Shown here one piece after another: positions 37,801 through 47,073 of a stretch of DNA of 64,000 nucleotides; the stretch's first letter is position 1; every line of letters begins with the position of its first letter. This DNA comes from an uncultured archaeon (GTDB lineage: Archaea; Thermoplasmatota; Poseidoniia; MGIII; CG-Epi1), in the NCBI GenBank assembly GCA_964389465.1, contig CAYMDK010000005.1, forward strand, positions 22,169-86,168, read 5' to 3'. The notes below the pieces were generated by a model, which had not been told where the DNA came from, did no database searches, and was given only the letters and a program-made list of their open reading frames with translations. The position numbers and the translations under genes are program-made.

Positions 37801-38003
37801 GCGATGGTGATGGCGACCTTCTTGATGAGGACCTCGTTGCCGTTCTTGACAAAGGTCACGTACGTTTCGCCAGCAACCAGGTTCAGTTCTTCCTCGACCC
37901 AGCGCGGGAGGTAGATGCGCCGGTTCATGTCATACTTCTTGACGTCGGTAACGGCTGGTGCCATGTCCTGCCATCCCTCATGGCCTAAAAGGGTTATGTG
38001 CAT
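37797..38003 (-). CDS. AbrB/SpoVT-family DNA-binding protein
   Basis: [36 protein letters not shown] is a typical archaeal SpoVT-AbrB swapped-hairpin domain. An alternative ATG lies at 37964. Confidence 0.75.
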   Translation of the reverse strand: MHITLLGHEGWQDMAPAVTDVKKYDMNRRIYLPRWVEEELNLVAGETYVTFVKNGNEVLIKKVAITIA

Positions 38004-38062
38004 TTAGGGGGATTGACGGGCGAGTGAGGATTGCCTTTATCTCATCCCCGCAGTCGCCCGTT

Positions 38063-39040
38063 ATGCCCTCCGCAACCACGGTCGCCGTCACCGGCGCCGC
38101 CGGCCAGATTGGCTACAGCCTGCTGCCGCGGATTGCCGCCGGCGAGATGTTCGGCCCCGACCGGAAAATCCGCTTGCAACTGCTCGAAATTCCGCCGGCG
38201 CTGGACGCACTGCGCGGCGTCGTGATGGAGTTGCAGGACTGTGCCTTTCCTCTGCTGGAGGAGGTGGTCGCCACGACCGACCCCGACGTGGCATTCGGTG
38301 GCGCAAGCTGGTGCCTGCTGGTCGGTAGCAAGCCGCGTGGCCCCGGAATGGAGCGCGCTGACCTGCTGCTCGAAAACGGCCACATCTTCGTCGGGCAGGG
38401 TGCGAGCATCGACGCCCGCGCGGCCGCCGACTGCCGTGTCGTCGTCGTCGGCAATCCCTGCAACACCAACTGCATGATTGCCGCCGCACAGGGCTCGCGG
38501 CTCGGGCCGGAGCGCTACAGCGCGATGATGCGGCTCGACCAGAACCGCGCCACGGCGCTGCTGGCGCAGAAGGCGGGCGTCGCCGTCGAAGAAGTGGGCG
38601 ACGTCATCGTTTATGGCAACCACAGCCCCAGCATGTATCCCGACGCAGCCAACGCACGCATCGCGGGGCAGCCGGCGCCCGCCGTGATTGGCGACGGCGA
38701 CTGGCTGCGCGGCGAGTTCCTCGAGACCGTCGGCCAGCGCGGCGCCGCGATTATCGCCGCGCGCGGCCTCTCGAGCGCCGCCTCGGCCGCCAACGCGCTG
38801 GTGGACCATGTCCGCGCGCTCAACACACCGGGCAAGACGCTCCACGGCCTGGCGGTCTGCTCCCGCGGCGAATACGGGATGCCGCGCGGCGTCTGGGCGG
38901 GGCTGCCGGTGCGCACCAGCACCCCCGGGGTCTTCACGGTCGTGGAAGGTATTGAGCACGATTCTTTTGCCCGCAACGCGCTCGAGAAGACGGGTGCCGA
39001 ACTGGCGCACGAGCGCGAACTCGTGGCAGATTTCCTTTAA
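38063..39040 (+). CDS. mdh: Malate dehydrogenase (NAD-dependent, MDH type 2)
   Basis: Re-called to ATG 38063 ([31 protein letters not shown]). [15 protein letters not shown] is present. A TATA-like TTTATC at 38036-38041 lies ~25 nt upstream. Confidence 0.92.
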   Translation: MPSATTVAVTGAAGQIGYSLLPRIAAGEMFGPDRKIRLQLLEIPPALDALRGVVMELQDCAFPLLEEVVATTDPDVAFGGASWCLLVGSKPRGPGMERADLLLENGHIFVGQGASIDARAAADCRVVVVGNPCNTNCMIAAAQGSRLGPERYSAMMRLDQNRATALLAQKAGVAVEEVGDVIVYGNHSPSMYPDAANARIAGQPAPAVIGDGDWLRGEFLETVGQRGAAIIAARGLSSAASAANALVDHVRALNTPGKTLHGLAVCSRGEYGMPRGVWAGLPVRTSTPGVFTVVEGIEHDSFARNALEKTGAELAHERELVADFL

Positions 39041-40605
39041 ATATCGGTCTTCGGGGACGCAGACTCGAGCCCGGCGTGGTCGCCATACTGCGTGAAGTTA
39101 GCGTTGAAGAGCTGTGCCAGCTCCCTCGCCTTGGTATCGTAGGCGTCGCCGTCCGCCCATGTTGCGCGCGGGTCGAGCAGTCCTGAATCGACGTCAGGGA
39201 CCGCCTGCGGTACCAGCACCCGGAAGACCGGGTGCGGGGCAAACTCGGTGATGCCGAGTTTACCACCCAGAATGGCGGCCAGCATGCGTCGCGTGTCGGC
39301 CAGCGCCATGCGCTGCCCGCTGCCGTAAGGCCCGCCGGTCCAACCGGTATTGACTAGCCACGCCTGTGCAGAGTGCCGCTCGAGCTTCTCTCCGAGCAGC
39401 TTTGCATAGGTGGCGGGGTGCTGAGGCATGAAGGGCGCGCCGAAGCAGGTCGAGAAGGTGGCGGTCGGTTCGGTGACGCCGCGCTCGGTCCCGGCGACCT
39501 TGGCGGTATAGCCGCTCAGGAAGTGGTACATCGCCATTTCGGGCGTCAGCTTCGCGACCGGTGGCAGGACGCCGAACGCGTCGCACGTCAGGAAGATGAC
39601 GTTGCGCGGATGGCTGCCGCGACCCGACGGCTCGGAATTGGCGATGTGGTCGAGCGGGTAGGAGACACGCGTGTTCTCGGTAATCGAGTCGTCAGCGTAG
39701 TCGACGCTGCCGTCGTCGCGCACGACGACGTTCTCGAGCAGCGCCCCGGGCCGGATGGCGTCGTAGATTTCCGGCTCGCGAGCGCGCTCGAGCCCGATAG
39801 TCTTGGCGTAGCAGCCGCCTTCGAAGTTGAAGATGCCGTTGTCGGACCAGCCGTGCTCGTCGTCACCGATGAGTCGCCGTGCGGGGTCGGTCGAGAGCGT
39901 CGTTTTCCCGGTGCCGCTCAGCCCGAAGAAGAGCGCCGTATCGCCGTCGCCGCCGACATTGGCCGAGCAGTGCATCGGCATCACGCCTTCGAGCGGCAGC
40001 AGGTAGTTGAGCACGGTGAAGATCCCTTTCTTGATTTCGCCGCCGTATTCGGTGCCGCCAATCACGATGAGCCGCTGCTCAAGGTTGACGGCGATGAAAA
40101 TTTCCGAGTTCAGCCCCAGCTCCTGCCAGTCCTCGGCACGGGCGGAAATGGCGTTGAGCACCGTGAACTGCGGCGCGAAATCGTGCAGCTCCTCGCGCGA
40201 CGGGCGGATGAACATGTTGTGGGAGAAGTGCGCCTGCCACGCGCGCAGCGTCACGACGCGCAGCGGCAGCCGGTAGCGCTCGTCGGCGCCAGCGTAGCCG
40301 TCGAAGACAAAGAGCTCCTTGCCCGCCATAGCCTCGCGGACGAGCGCATGCAGCCGCTCGAACGCCTCCGGCGCGAGCGGCTGGTTGACCGCGCCCCAGT
40401 CAATGTGCGCTTCTGACGGCGGCTGCCGCACGAAGAAGCGGTCCTGCGGAGAGCGGCCGGTGTAGATGCCGGTGCTGACCGCGACGGTGCCGGACCCGGT
40501 CGCGACGCCTTCGCCACGGTGCAGCTCCATATCGCGGTAATCCTGCTGCGAAAGGTTGCGGTGCACCAGCTTCGGCGAGAGCCCCAGCTCGCCCGCGAAA
40601 TCCAT
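39037..40605 (-). CDS. pckA: Phosphoenolpyruvate carboxykinase (ATP)
   Basis: [26 protein letters not shown] (kinase-1a), [23 protein letters not shown]. Confidence 0.95.
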   Translation of the reverse strand: MDFAGELGLSPKLVHRNLSQQDYRDMELHRGEGVATGSGTVAVSTGIYTGRSPQDRFFVRQPPSEAHIDWGAVNQPLAPEAFERLHALVREAMAGKELFVFDGYAGADERYRLPLRVVTLRAWQAHFSHNMFIRPSREELHDFAPQFTVLNAISARAEDWQELGLNSEIFIAVNLEQRLIVIGGTEYGGEIKKGIFTVLNYLLPLEGVMPMHCSANVGGDGDTALFFGLSGTGKTTLSTDPARRLIGDDEHGWSDNGIFNFEGGCYAKTIGLERAREPEIYDAIRPGALLENVVVRDDGSVDYADDSITENTRVSYPLDHIANSEPSGRGSHPRNVIFLTCDAFGVLPPVAKLTPEMAMYHFLSGYTAKVAGTERGVTEPTATFSTCFGAPFMPQHPATYAKLLGEKLERHSAQAWLVNTGWTGGPYGSGQRMALADTRRMLAAILGGKLGITEFAPHPVFRVLVPQAVPDVDSGLLDPRATWADGDAYDTKARELAQLFNANFTQYGDHAGLESASPKTDI

Positions 40606-40627
40606 GTCGGCGGCACCAGAGCGTGCA

Positions 40628-40634
40628 TTAAATA
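40628..40634 (+). promoter_or_regulatory. TATA-like box (TTAAATA) upstream of tRNA-Val
   Basis: Its centre lies ~37 nt before the mature tRNA 5' end. This is consistent with a TSS ~10 nt upstream of the tRNA. Confidence 0.3.
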
Positions 40635-40667
40635 GTTGGGCGTCCCGTCGGGCGGGCGCTTATCTGC

Positions 40668-40743
40668 GGGCCGGTGGTCTAGGGGTTATGACGTCGCCCT
40701 TACAAGGCGAAGATCGGCGGTTCAAATCCGCCCCGGCCCACCA
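40668..40743 (+). tRNA. tRNA-Val (anticodon UAC), genomically encoded CCA
   Basis: Hand-folded. Acceptor stem GGGCCGG/CCGGCCC. Anticodon stem TCGCC/GGCGA with loop CTTACAA. T arm GGCGG-TTCAAAT-CCGCC. Discriminator A at 40740, CCA at 40741-40743. Confidence 0.9.
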
Positions 40744-41482
40744 ATCCCCACGCCGCCGCAAGGCGCTGGGGCAGCACTTCCTGGTCGACGAGAAACTGGC
40801 CGACCGCATCGTCGTGGCGGCCGAGATTGAGCCGGGCGAGCGCATCCTCGAAATCGGCCCCGGCCGCGGCGTCCTGACCGAGCGGCTGGCGCCGCTCGGC
40901 AAGCTGGTCGCGATCGAGAAGGACCGCTGGCTGGCGGCGGTGCTGCGGCAGCGCTTCGGCGACACGCTAACGCTGGTGGAAGGCGACGCACTGGAAGTCG
41001 AGCTGCCGCCGTCGGACGTCGTTGTCGCTAACCTGCCCTACGCTATCTCGTCGCCGCTGCTGTTCCGCCTCTTCGACGTGGAGTGGGGGCGGGCGGTGCT
41101 GATGTTCCAGGAAGAGTTCGCCCGACGGCTCGCCGCGCCGCCCGGGAGCAAGGCATACGGTCGCCTGTCGGTGATGGCGCAGCACCACGTCGCCTGCCGC
41201 AAGCTCTTCCGTGTCTCGCGCACCGCGTTCCTGCCGCAGCCGCGGGTCCATTCGCTGGTGGTGCGGCTCGAGCGGCGCGCGCCGGACTACGAAGTCCGCG
41301 ATTTCGCCACCTTCGAGCGCGTCGTCGCGACGCTCTTCCAGCACCGGCGCAAGACCGTCCGCAACGCGCTGCGGCTCGAGTTCCCCGATGCGACGGTCGA
41401 GCAGCTGCCGCACCTGCAGGAGCGCGGCGAAGTCCTCACGCCAGCAGAGATGGCGGGGCTGGCGGACTTGCTATCGGGCTGA
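40688..41482 (+). CDS. ksgA: 16S rRNA (adenine-N6,N6)-dimethyltransferase KsgA/Dim1 (start codon problematic)
   Basis: RKALGQHFLVDEKLADRIV, ILEIGPGRGVLTERL (SAM motif), VVANLPYAISSPLLF. The only canonical in-frame start upstream of the conserved N-terminus is ATG 40688, inside tRNA-Val. The track's 40556 start overlaps pckA. Confidence 0.8.
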   Translation: MTSPLQGEDRRFKSAPAHQSPRRRKALGQHFLVDEKLADRIVVAAEIEPGERILEIGPGRGVLTERLAPLGKLVAIEKDRWLAAVLRQRFGDTLTLVEGDALEVELPPSDVVVANLPYAISSPLLFRLFDVEWGRAVLMFQEEFARRLAAPPGSKAYGRLSVMAQHHVACRKLFRVSRTAFLPQPRVHSLVVRLERRAPDYEVRDFATFERVVATLFQHRRKTVRNALRLEFPDATVEQLPHLQERGEVLTPAEMAGLADLLSG

Positions 41483-41483
41483 T

Positions 41484-41834
41484 TCAGAAAAACTTCTTCA
41501 TCATCAACAGGTCGCGGAAGCTCGCCTTCACCTTCAGCTCGCCCTTGGTGTAAGCCTTGATGGGCGAGAGCTCGCGTTTGAGCAGCGCCAGCAGGGTTTC
41601 GCTGCTCGCCTTGATGACCACGTCGGCGTCGGTCGAATCGCCTTCGGCGAACTGCGGCAGCCTGCCGTCCTCGAGCCGCGCGACGAGTGTCGGGCCGTCG
41701 ATGATGACGATGGCGATGGTGCGGTCGTTGCCCTCGACCAGCTTCGCGAAGCCTTCTTCCTCAACGATGCGCACGTTGAACGTGGCCACCTTGGCTTGCA
41801 GCTTCTCCAGCAGTTTACTCATCGTCGGTTCCAA
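41484..41834 (-). CDS. SCP2 sterol-carrier-like domain protein
   Basis: DADVVIKASSETLLALLKRELSPIKAYTKGELKVKASFRDLLMMKKFF is a typical SCP2 C-terminal pattern. An alternative ATG lies at 41822. Confidence 0.75.
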   Translation of the reverse strand: MEPTMSKLLEKLQAKVATFNVRIVEEEGFAKLVEGNDRTIAIVIIDGPTLVARLEDGRLPQFAEGDSTDADVVIKASSETLLALLKRELSPIKAYTKGELKVKASFRDLLMMKKFF

Positions 41835-42501
41835 AGTCGTCGAGCGTCACCCGCGGTTCCTGCTGCTCGAGCCGCTCCAGCGTCTTCCAGCTGCGGCGGG
41901 TGCCGGGGGGCCACTCGTTGCGCTCACGCCGGTATTCCTTCAAAAAAGTGATGGTCCGCTCGTCGGACGGGTAACCGCTGCCGCATTCGCCCAGCTCCGC
42001 GCGCAGCCGGGTCATCGCCGCCTCGCGCGCTTCCTTCGCCAGGATTGACGCGGCGGCGGCGGCCGGGATTTTCTGGTCTGCCTTCGTAATTGCGATGACC
42101 TGGCACTCCAGCCCCGGCGGCAGCCGGCCGCTGATGCGGGCGCCCACTTTCTCGCCGTCCAGTTCGGGGGAATCGACGAACGCCACCGTCGGCGCCAGCT
42201 GCGCAATCAGCCGCGCGAAGGCCCTCTCCTCAAGTCGGTTGAGCCCCCCTTCGGCAACGAAGCGGTCAATGGTCTCCGGCTCAATCAGCTCTACCGCGCA
42301 TTCGCAGCTCTGCCGGATAGCGGCGGCGAGCTCGGCTCGCCGCCGCGGCGAGAGCTCTTTGGAGTCGCGGACGCCCAGCTTGCGCAGCGCCGCCTCGTCG
42401 TCGGTCGCGACAATCGCGACTGCCATCGGCCCCAGCACCGGCCCGCGCCCCGCCTCGTCGAGCCCGGCGACCAGCCCCGGCGCTGTATTTTCGTCGTTCA
42501 T
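41815..42501 (-). CDS. rnhB: Ribonuclease HII
   Basis: VAGLDEAGRGPVLGPMAVA (DEAGRG catalytic motif), VDSPE, KADQKIPAAAAASILAK. Confidence 0.92.
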   Translation of the reverse strand: MNDENTAPGLVAGLDEAGRGPVLGPMAVAIVATDDEAALRKLGVRDSKELSPRRRAELAAAIRQSCECAVELIEPETIDRFVAEGGLNRLEERAFARLIAQLAPTVAFVDSPELDGEKVGARISGRLPPGLECQVIAITKADQKIPAAAAASILAKEAREAAMTRLRAELGECGSGYPSDERTITFLKEYRRERNEWPPGTRRSWKTLERLEQQEPRVTLDDFGTDDE

Positions 42502-43709
42502 GCCTCAACCTCCAGCGTCGCAAAGCCGCGCGCCATGAAGTAACCGCCCTGCGACGCGGGCAGCTCGGCGACCTCCCCCGGCTTCAGGCTGGCGACATCG
42601 CCCATCGCGACCGGGTGCTTCGCCGCCGACCGCACTTTTACGGGCGCGTCACCCAGCGCGGTCGCCTGCCGGTAGGGGTCGAAGTTGCGCAGCTCCTCCA
42701 GCGTCACGCTGCGCGCCAGCAAACCCGTGCCGCCGTGGAGCGTCCCCGGCAGCCGGATGAGCCGGTGCAGGTCGCCCGTGACCGGTTCGTCAGCGTGCAC
42801 CGCGCATTCACGCAGCGCCGTGTCGCGCAGCGCGTTCTGCGCGCGGCGCGGCAGCGCGTCAAAGATTTCCTGCGGCGTGCCGTCGAGCTGCGCCTGTTTT
42901 GCCAGCTTGGGCCCGACGCCCGGGAGCGTCCGCAGCCGCGCCAGCCGCTCCTCCGCCGGCAGCGCCTGCACCTCGGCCAGCCACGCAGTCGCGAAGCGCG
43001 CGACGCGTCCCTGCCAGCCCGGCGCATCGGTCGCGGGCAGCCGCATGTCGGACCGGAATTTCTTCCGGAATCCGTCGTCGACAACGTGGCCCGCGTCGAC
43101 CAGCAGCCGCCCGGCATCGGCGCCGAGGCCGGTCAGGTAGTCGGCCAGCTCGCGCCGCGCCCCCGACGGCAGCTCGAGCACCGCCGGCGCACGCACGTGT
43201 ACGTGGTAGCCGCGGCCGCCGCTGAAGACCAGTTGCAGGTCCTCCAGCGCCAGCCCAAGGTCGCCGAGCAGGAAATCCTCGGCGAGCCGCACCGCCTGTC
43301 CGCGGGTGATTTCCATCAGCGCGCCGAACGAGATTTTGCCCTGTTTGAGCAATTCCATTTCCGGCAAGTGGTCGGCGTCAAGGTCGAAAATCAGGTCGGC
43401 CGCCTGCCACTGCTTCTCGACCATCTTGCCGGCCGACGGGTGCGCGTAATACGCGACCGAATGGTAGACGTGCGCGGGTGCCTCGCGCGCCAGCCGCGCC
43501 TGTAGCTCGCCTTCGCTGCGGAACGCCAGGTGGCGCTGCATCAGCTTGCCGCCCCAGCCGAGCATCCCCCACTCGCGCGCGGTGAACCGCGGTGGCAGTT
43601 CTGGCTCAGCCGTGGCGTAGAATTCGCGGAAGCGCGCCTGGAGCCATTCCTGAGTGTAGCGCAGCGGCAGGGTTGCCTTGTGCTTCGCAATGTCCTCCTT
43701 CAGGCTCAC
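42498..43709 (-). CDS. priS: DNA primase small (catalytic) subunit PriS
   Basis: Re-called to the GTG at 43709 (VSLKEDIAKHK...), in a GTGA overlap with the upstream stop; an alternative ATG lies at 43739. Motifs: AREWGML, HVYHSVAYY, DLIFDLDADHL (catalytic DxD), FSGGRGYHVHV, RLPGTLHGGTG. The track's 586-aa form adds Arg/Ala low-complexity sequence. Confidence 0.85.
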   Translation of the reverse strand: MSLKEDIAKHKATLPLRYTQEWLQARFREFYATAEPELPPRFTAREWGMLGWGGKLMQRHLAFRSEGELQARLAREAPAHVYHSVAYYAHPSAGKMVEKQWQAADLIFDLDADHLPEMELLKQGKISFGALMEITRGQAVRLAEDFLLGDLGLALEDLQLVFSGGRGYHVHVRAPAVLELPSGARRELADYLTGLGADAGRLLVDAGHVVDDGFRKKFRSDMRLPATDAPGWQGRVARFATAWLAEVQALPAEERLARLRTLPGVGPKLAKQAQLDGTPQEIFDALPRRAQNALRDTALRECAVHADEPVTGDLHRLIRLPGTLHGGTGLLARSVTLEELRNFDPYRQATALGDAPVKVRSAAKHPVAMGDVASLKPGEVAELPASQGGYFMARGFATLEVEA

Positions 43710-44113
43710 GCTGCGTCCTCTGCCAGCGCAGCCTCCCATTTCTTCCGCGCGCCGCGCACGGTCAGCAGCCCGACGCGCAGCCGCTGGCCGAGCGTGAACT
43801 CCCACGGCCGCCGCGGCAGCCCTTCGGCGAAGGCGGCGAGCAGCTTGCGCTGCGGCTCCACGTCGCCGCGCGCCTCGAGCCAGGTGACGCTGCCGCTGCT
43901 GCCGGGCGTCTCGGCCCAGAACTCCAGCAGCAGGTCGCCGTGCGGGATTTCGTAGCGGAAGAGATGCGCGGCGCGCTGGAACGGGATGACCACCGCCACT
44001 TGCGTGAAAGCGCGGGTGTCGTCGCTGCGGGTGTATTCCCAGCCGAGCCGCTCGAGCGTTGCGCGCAGCGCGGTGGCTGCCGAGCGCGGCTCGAAGCAGA
44101 CCGGCAGCTTCAC
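43706..44113 (-). CDS. Hypothetical 135-aa protein sandwiched between pheT and priS
   Basis: The GTG start at 44113 overlaps the pheT stop (GTGA), and its own stop overlaps the priS GTG (GTGA). The sequence VKLPVCFEPRSAATALRATLERLGWEYTRSDD...LLEFWAETPG has normal globular composition. I recognise no family. Confidence 0.55.
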   Translation of the reverse strand: MKLPVCFEPRSAATALRATLERLGWEYTRSDDTRAFTQVAVVIPFQRAAHLFRYEIPHGDLLLEFWAETPGSSGSVTWLEARGDVEPQRKLLAAFAEGLPRRPWEFTLGQRLRVGLLTVRGARKKWEAALAEDAA

Positions 44114-45726
44114 CACAGCACTTCGCCGCCGATGGCGGGATACCCCAGCTCGCAGCCCTCGAGCACCCGCGGGTGGATTTCGCCGAAGAGCAGCGCGTCG
44201 CCCAGCGACGCGCAACGGCCGGCGATGAACATCCCGTCCTCGACCGGCTGCGCATCACCCTCGATGCCGAGCCGCTGCGCGACCGCCTGTGCTGTCGCGC
44301 GCGCCTGCGAAAACGGGGCGCGGCTGTTCAGCTCGACCCAGCCCAGCGCCAGCCGGTTGGCGTGGTCACGCACGACCCAGCCGACCTCGAAGATGCGTTG
44401 CGGCAGTTCGTGCTGCCGGTTGGTGCGCAGCAGCTCGAGCAAGCCGGGCAGCAGCGCCGGTCGCAGCAGGTGGTATTCCTCGCCGACCGGGTTCGCAACG
44501 TGCGCCTCGCCCGCCGGCCCGCGCGTCGGCAGCTCGTGCTGCGCGCGCGCTGAGCTCAACGTGAGCGAAACCACTTCCTGGAATCCAAGCCCGAGCAACG
44601 CCTCGCGGCATTCGCGCTCGCGCTGGCGCGACGCGGTCTCGCGGCCGAAAGTGGCGAGCCGCGGCAGATGCTCGGGAATTTCGTCGTATTCGAGCCCGAT
44701 GGCCAGTTCTTCCAGCAGGTCGATGGGGTGCAGCAGGTCCGCCCGCCAGGCGGGTACCTGCACGACCCACTCGCCGTCGCGCAGCTCCCCCTCGAGCCCG
44801 CAGCGGCGGAACGCGCGGCGCACCTGCTCCTCGCCGGGGTCCCAGCCGAGCAGCCGCGTCAGGTAATCGTGGTTGGCGCGGTGCTCGCGCGGCGCCATGT
44901 CGGGGACAATGTATTTCTCGCTGGGGTAGCGGATTTCGAGTGCCTCGGCGCTCCCGCCGCGCTCGATGAGCGCGGCGGTGACGATGTTCAGGCAGGTTTC
45001 GACCGCCTGTCGGTCCAGTCCCTGCACGTCAATCAGCACGTCAGTTGTCTCCTCTGAGAGCGCGGTCAGCTGACCGTTGATAATTGGCGGCATCGAAAGC
45101 ACCTGCTCCTGCGAATCGACAATTAGCGGGTAGCGCTCCTCGCCCTCCAGGATGTGTGCATACTCTATGCCTTTCGGATGCTCCTGCAGGATTTCCTCGG
45201 GTGTCATAGGCTCGTCGCAGCCGAGCGGGATGAAGGCGGGCTCGTGCGGCGAGCAGCCGTAGAAACGGAAAGGCGGCTTGAGCGGCGCCATATCATGGAT
45301 GCCGATGGACGCCTTGCGGCGGCGCCGGCCGGTCGTGACGTGCAGCTTCTCCTGCAATTCCATCAGCGACCGCAGCGCCACGTCGTCGAGCGTCACGCCA
45401 CGCACGATGCCGCCCAGGAACCAGGGGCGGATGTCGGTGATGCTCGGCTCGACTGATAGCCACGTTTTCGGCTTCGCGACGCCGCAGCGCGCCAGCCCCG
45501 GCGTCTGCCCCGTGAAGGCGCGCAGCGCCCGCGCGAGCCCTTCGGTCGAGAGCAGGTCGGGTCGGTCGGGAAAGAACTCGATGGTCGCCTCGCGGTCATC
45601 CATCTCGTCAAGGTCGGCGCCCAGCAGCGGGATGGTCTCGCGCAGTTCGGCGGGCGAGAGCGGCTGCGGCAGCAGCCGGTTCAGGTCCTCTAGGTCGATG
45701 GTGATAACCGGCATCGGGGAAACCAC
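44110..45726 (-). CDS. pheT: Phenylalanine--tRNA ligase beta subunit (archaeal type)
   Basis: MPVITIDLEDLNRLL..., B3/4- and B5-type regions, and FEVGWV..., GEIHPRVLE. 538 aa; an alternative start lies at 45714. Confidence 0.92.
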   Translation of the reverse strand: MVSPMPVITIDLEDLNRLLPQPLSPAELRETIPLLGADLDEMDDREATIEFFPDRPDLLSTEGLARALRAFTGQTPGLARCGVAKPKTWLSVEPSITDIRPWFLGGIVRGVTLDDVALRSLMELQEKLHVTTGRRRRKASIGIHDMAPLKPPFRFYGCSPHEPAFIPLGCDEPMTPEEILQEHPKGIEYAHILEGEERYPLIVDSQEQVLSMPPIINGQLTALSEETTDVLIDVQGLDRQAVETCLNIVTAALIERGGSAEALEIRYPSEKYIVPDMAPREHRANHDYLTRLLGWDPGEEQVRRAFRRCGLEGELRDGEWVVQVPAWRADLLHPIDLLEELAIGLEYDEIPEHLPRLATFGRETASRQRERECREALLGLGFQEVVSLTLSSARAQHELPTRGPAGEAHVANPVGEEYHLLRPALLPGLLELLRTNRQHELPQRIFEVGWVVRDHANRLALGWVELNSRAPFSQARATAQAVAQRLGIEGDAQPVEDGMFIAGRCASLGDALLFGEIHPRVLEGCELGYPAIGGEVLW

Positions 45727-45745
45727 TCCAGCGGGGCTTTTAGCG

Positions 45746-45850
45746 CTACTTGTTGCGACGGCGTTCGCGCTTACGGCGGCGCATCTTCTTCTTGCGCCAC
45801 TTCCAGCGCTGCTGGCCCTTCTTTTTCCAGACGCGGGAGCTCCGTTTCAT
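45746..45850 (-). CDS. rpl41e: Ribosomal protein L41e-like (34 aa, extremely basic)
   Basis: Not in the ORF track because it is too short. The minus strand reads ATG AAA CGG AGC TCC CGC GTC TGG..., giving MKRSSRVWKKKGQQRWKWRKKKMRRRKRERRRNK*. This matches the archaeal L41e pattern (..RRWKKKG.MRWKW.KKR.RRLKRERR..). Confidence 0.7.
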   Translation of the reverse strand: MKRSSRVWKKKGQQRWKWRKKKMRRRKRERRRNK

Positions 45851-45887
45851 GCCTGAGGGTGGGCGCACCCAGCCGCCCTATTAAAAG

Positions 45888-46325
45888 TCAGACCTTCGCC
45901 AGCCAGCCGGGCCGCGGCTCGCAGAGCGTACCGTCGGCGAGCAGCGCCGCCAGCATCTCGCGCGCCCGCGCTTCGGGGATGCGCACCCCGCGCGCCCGCG
46001 CCAGCAATGCCCCTTCTTCGATTTCGCCGTCGGGCAGCGCGCCGAGCAGTCGCGTCCGCATGTCGCCTTGCGGGGCCGCTTCCGCCGGCGCTGCGTCCTC
46101 CGCCCGCAGCGCCGGCGCCGCGAGTTCGTTCCTGACGCGCGTGATGGCGCCCGCCAGTTCCGGCTGCGAATTGCACCGCTCCCAGATGCGCACTTTCGTC
46201 AGCACCATGCGGTAGCCGCACCGCTGGCAGCCGGCGCTGCGGTGCGCCAGTTCGACCGACCGCACGGAACGGCATTTGGGACAGGCGACGACGCCAAACA
46301 CGGCTCGGGAACGCGCCGGCCGCAT
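45888..46325 (-). CDS. Zinc-ribbon protein (DUF1922-like N-terminus) with C-terminal helical domain
   Basis: ACPKCRSVRSVELAHRSAGCQRCGYRMVLTKVRIW follows the pattern CP.C...V......C..CG....L...RI. The two competing ORFs here are Arg/Ala/Gly-rich. Confidence 0.6.
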   Translation of the reverse strand: MRPARSRAVFGVVACPKCRSVRSVELAHRSAGCQRCGYRMVLTKVRIWERCNSQPELAGAITRVRNELAAPALRAEDAAPAEAAPQGDMRTRLLGALPDGEIEEGALLARARGVRIPEARAREMLAALLADGTLCEPRPGWLAKV

Positions 46326-46357
46326 AATGTTTTCACCCGCCTCGCCTCCGCGTCGGC

Positions 46358-47023
46358 ATGGAACTGGCAGCGCTGGCGCAGATTGGCGTGGTGTGCGTGC
46401 TGGGGGCGATGTCGCCCGGCCCGAGCCTCGCGGTGGTACTGCGCAACACCGTCGCCGGCGGGCGGCTGCGCGGCGTCATGACCGGCCTCGGCCACGGCCT
46501 TGGCTTCTTCCTCTATGCGCTGCTCGTCGTCTCGGGGCTCGCAGCGGCGATGGCGGCCGGCGACGCCGCCGTCCGCGCGTTGCAATGGGGTGGCGCGGCG
46601 GTGCTGGTCTGGCTCGGCTGGCAGTTCCTGCACTCCGACGGAGTGGTGGCCGACGAGCACGACAGCGGCGGCCGCGAAGGGTTCGTGGCGGGCTTCCTCG
46701 TCGCGTTCCTCAACCCGAAGATACTGGCGTTCTTCGTCGCGGTCTTCTCGCAGTTCATCGAGCCCGGACTCCCGCCGGGCGACCGGCTGGCGGTCGCGCT
46801 GCTCGCCGGCATCATCGACGCCAGCTGGTATATGCTCGTCGCGACCGCGATTGCCGGCACGCCGCTGCTCGACGTGTTGCGGCGCCACGCCCGGGGCATC
46901 GACCGGGCGGTCGGCAGCGTGCTATTGCTGCTCGCAGGCGCGCTGCTGCTGCGCCTGCTCCCCTTGGTCGCAGGCTTCGCAAGCGCAGCCTTTCTGGTGC
47001 CTGGCGCCACCAGCGGCTGCTGA
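46358..47023 (+). CDS. LysE/RhtB family amino-acid exporter
   Basis: VLGAMSPGPSLAVVLRNTVAGGRLRG, FLNPKILAFFVAVFSQF, and six TM helices. Confidence 0.85.
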   Translation: MELAALAQIGVVCVLGAMSPGPSLAVVLRNTVAGGRLRGVMTGLGHGLGFFLYALLVVSGLAAAMAAGDAAVRALQWGGAAVLVWLGWQFLHSDGVVADEHDSGGREGFVAGFLVAFLNPKILAFFVAVFSQFIEPGLPPGDRLAVALLAGIIDASWYMLVATAIAGTPLLDVLRRHARGIDRAVGSVLLLLAGALLLRLLPLVAGFASAAFLVPGATSGC

Positions 47024-47073
47024 GCCTCGCCTGACGGCAAAGGGTTTTGCACCCGCGCGCGGTCGGCGGCCGG

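Noticed and set aside
40556-40667. Using the track's upstream ATG (40556) as the ksgA start to avoid the tRNA overlap
   Set aside because: That start would read through the pckA 5' end on the opposite strand and through the whole tRNA gene. It would add ~65 non-conserved residues, so it does not remove the overlap problem.
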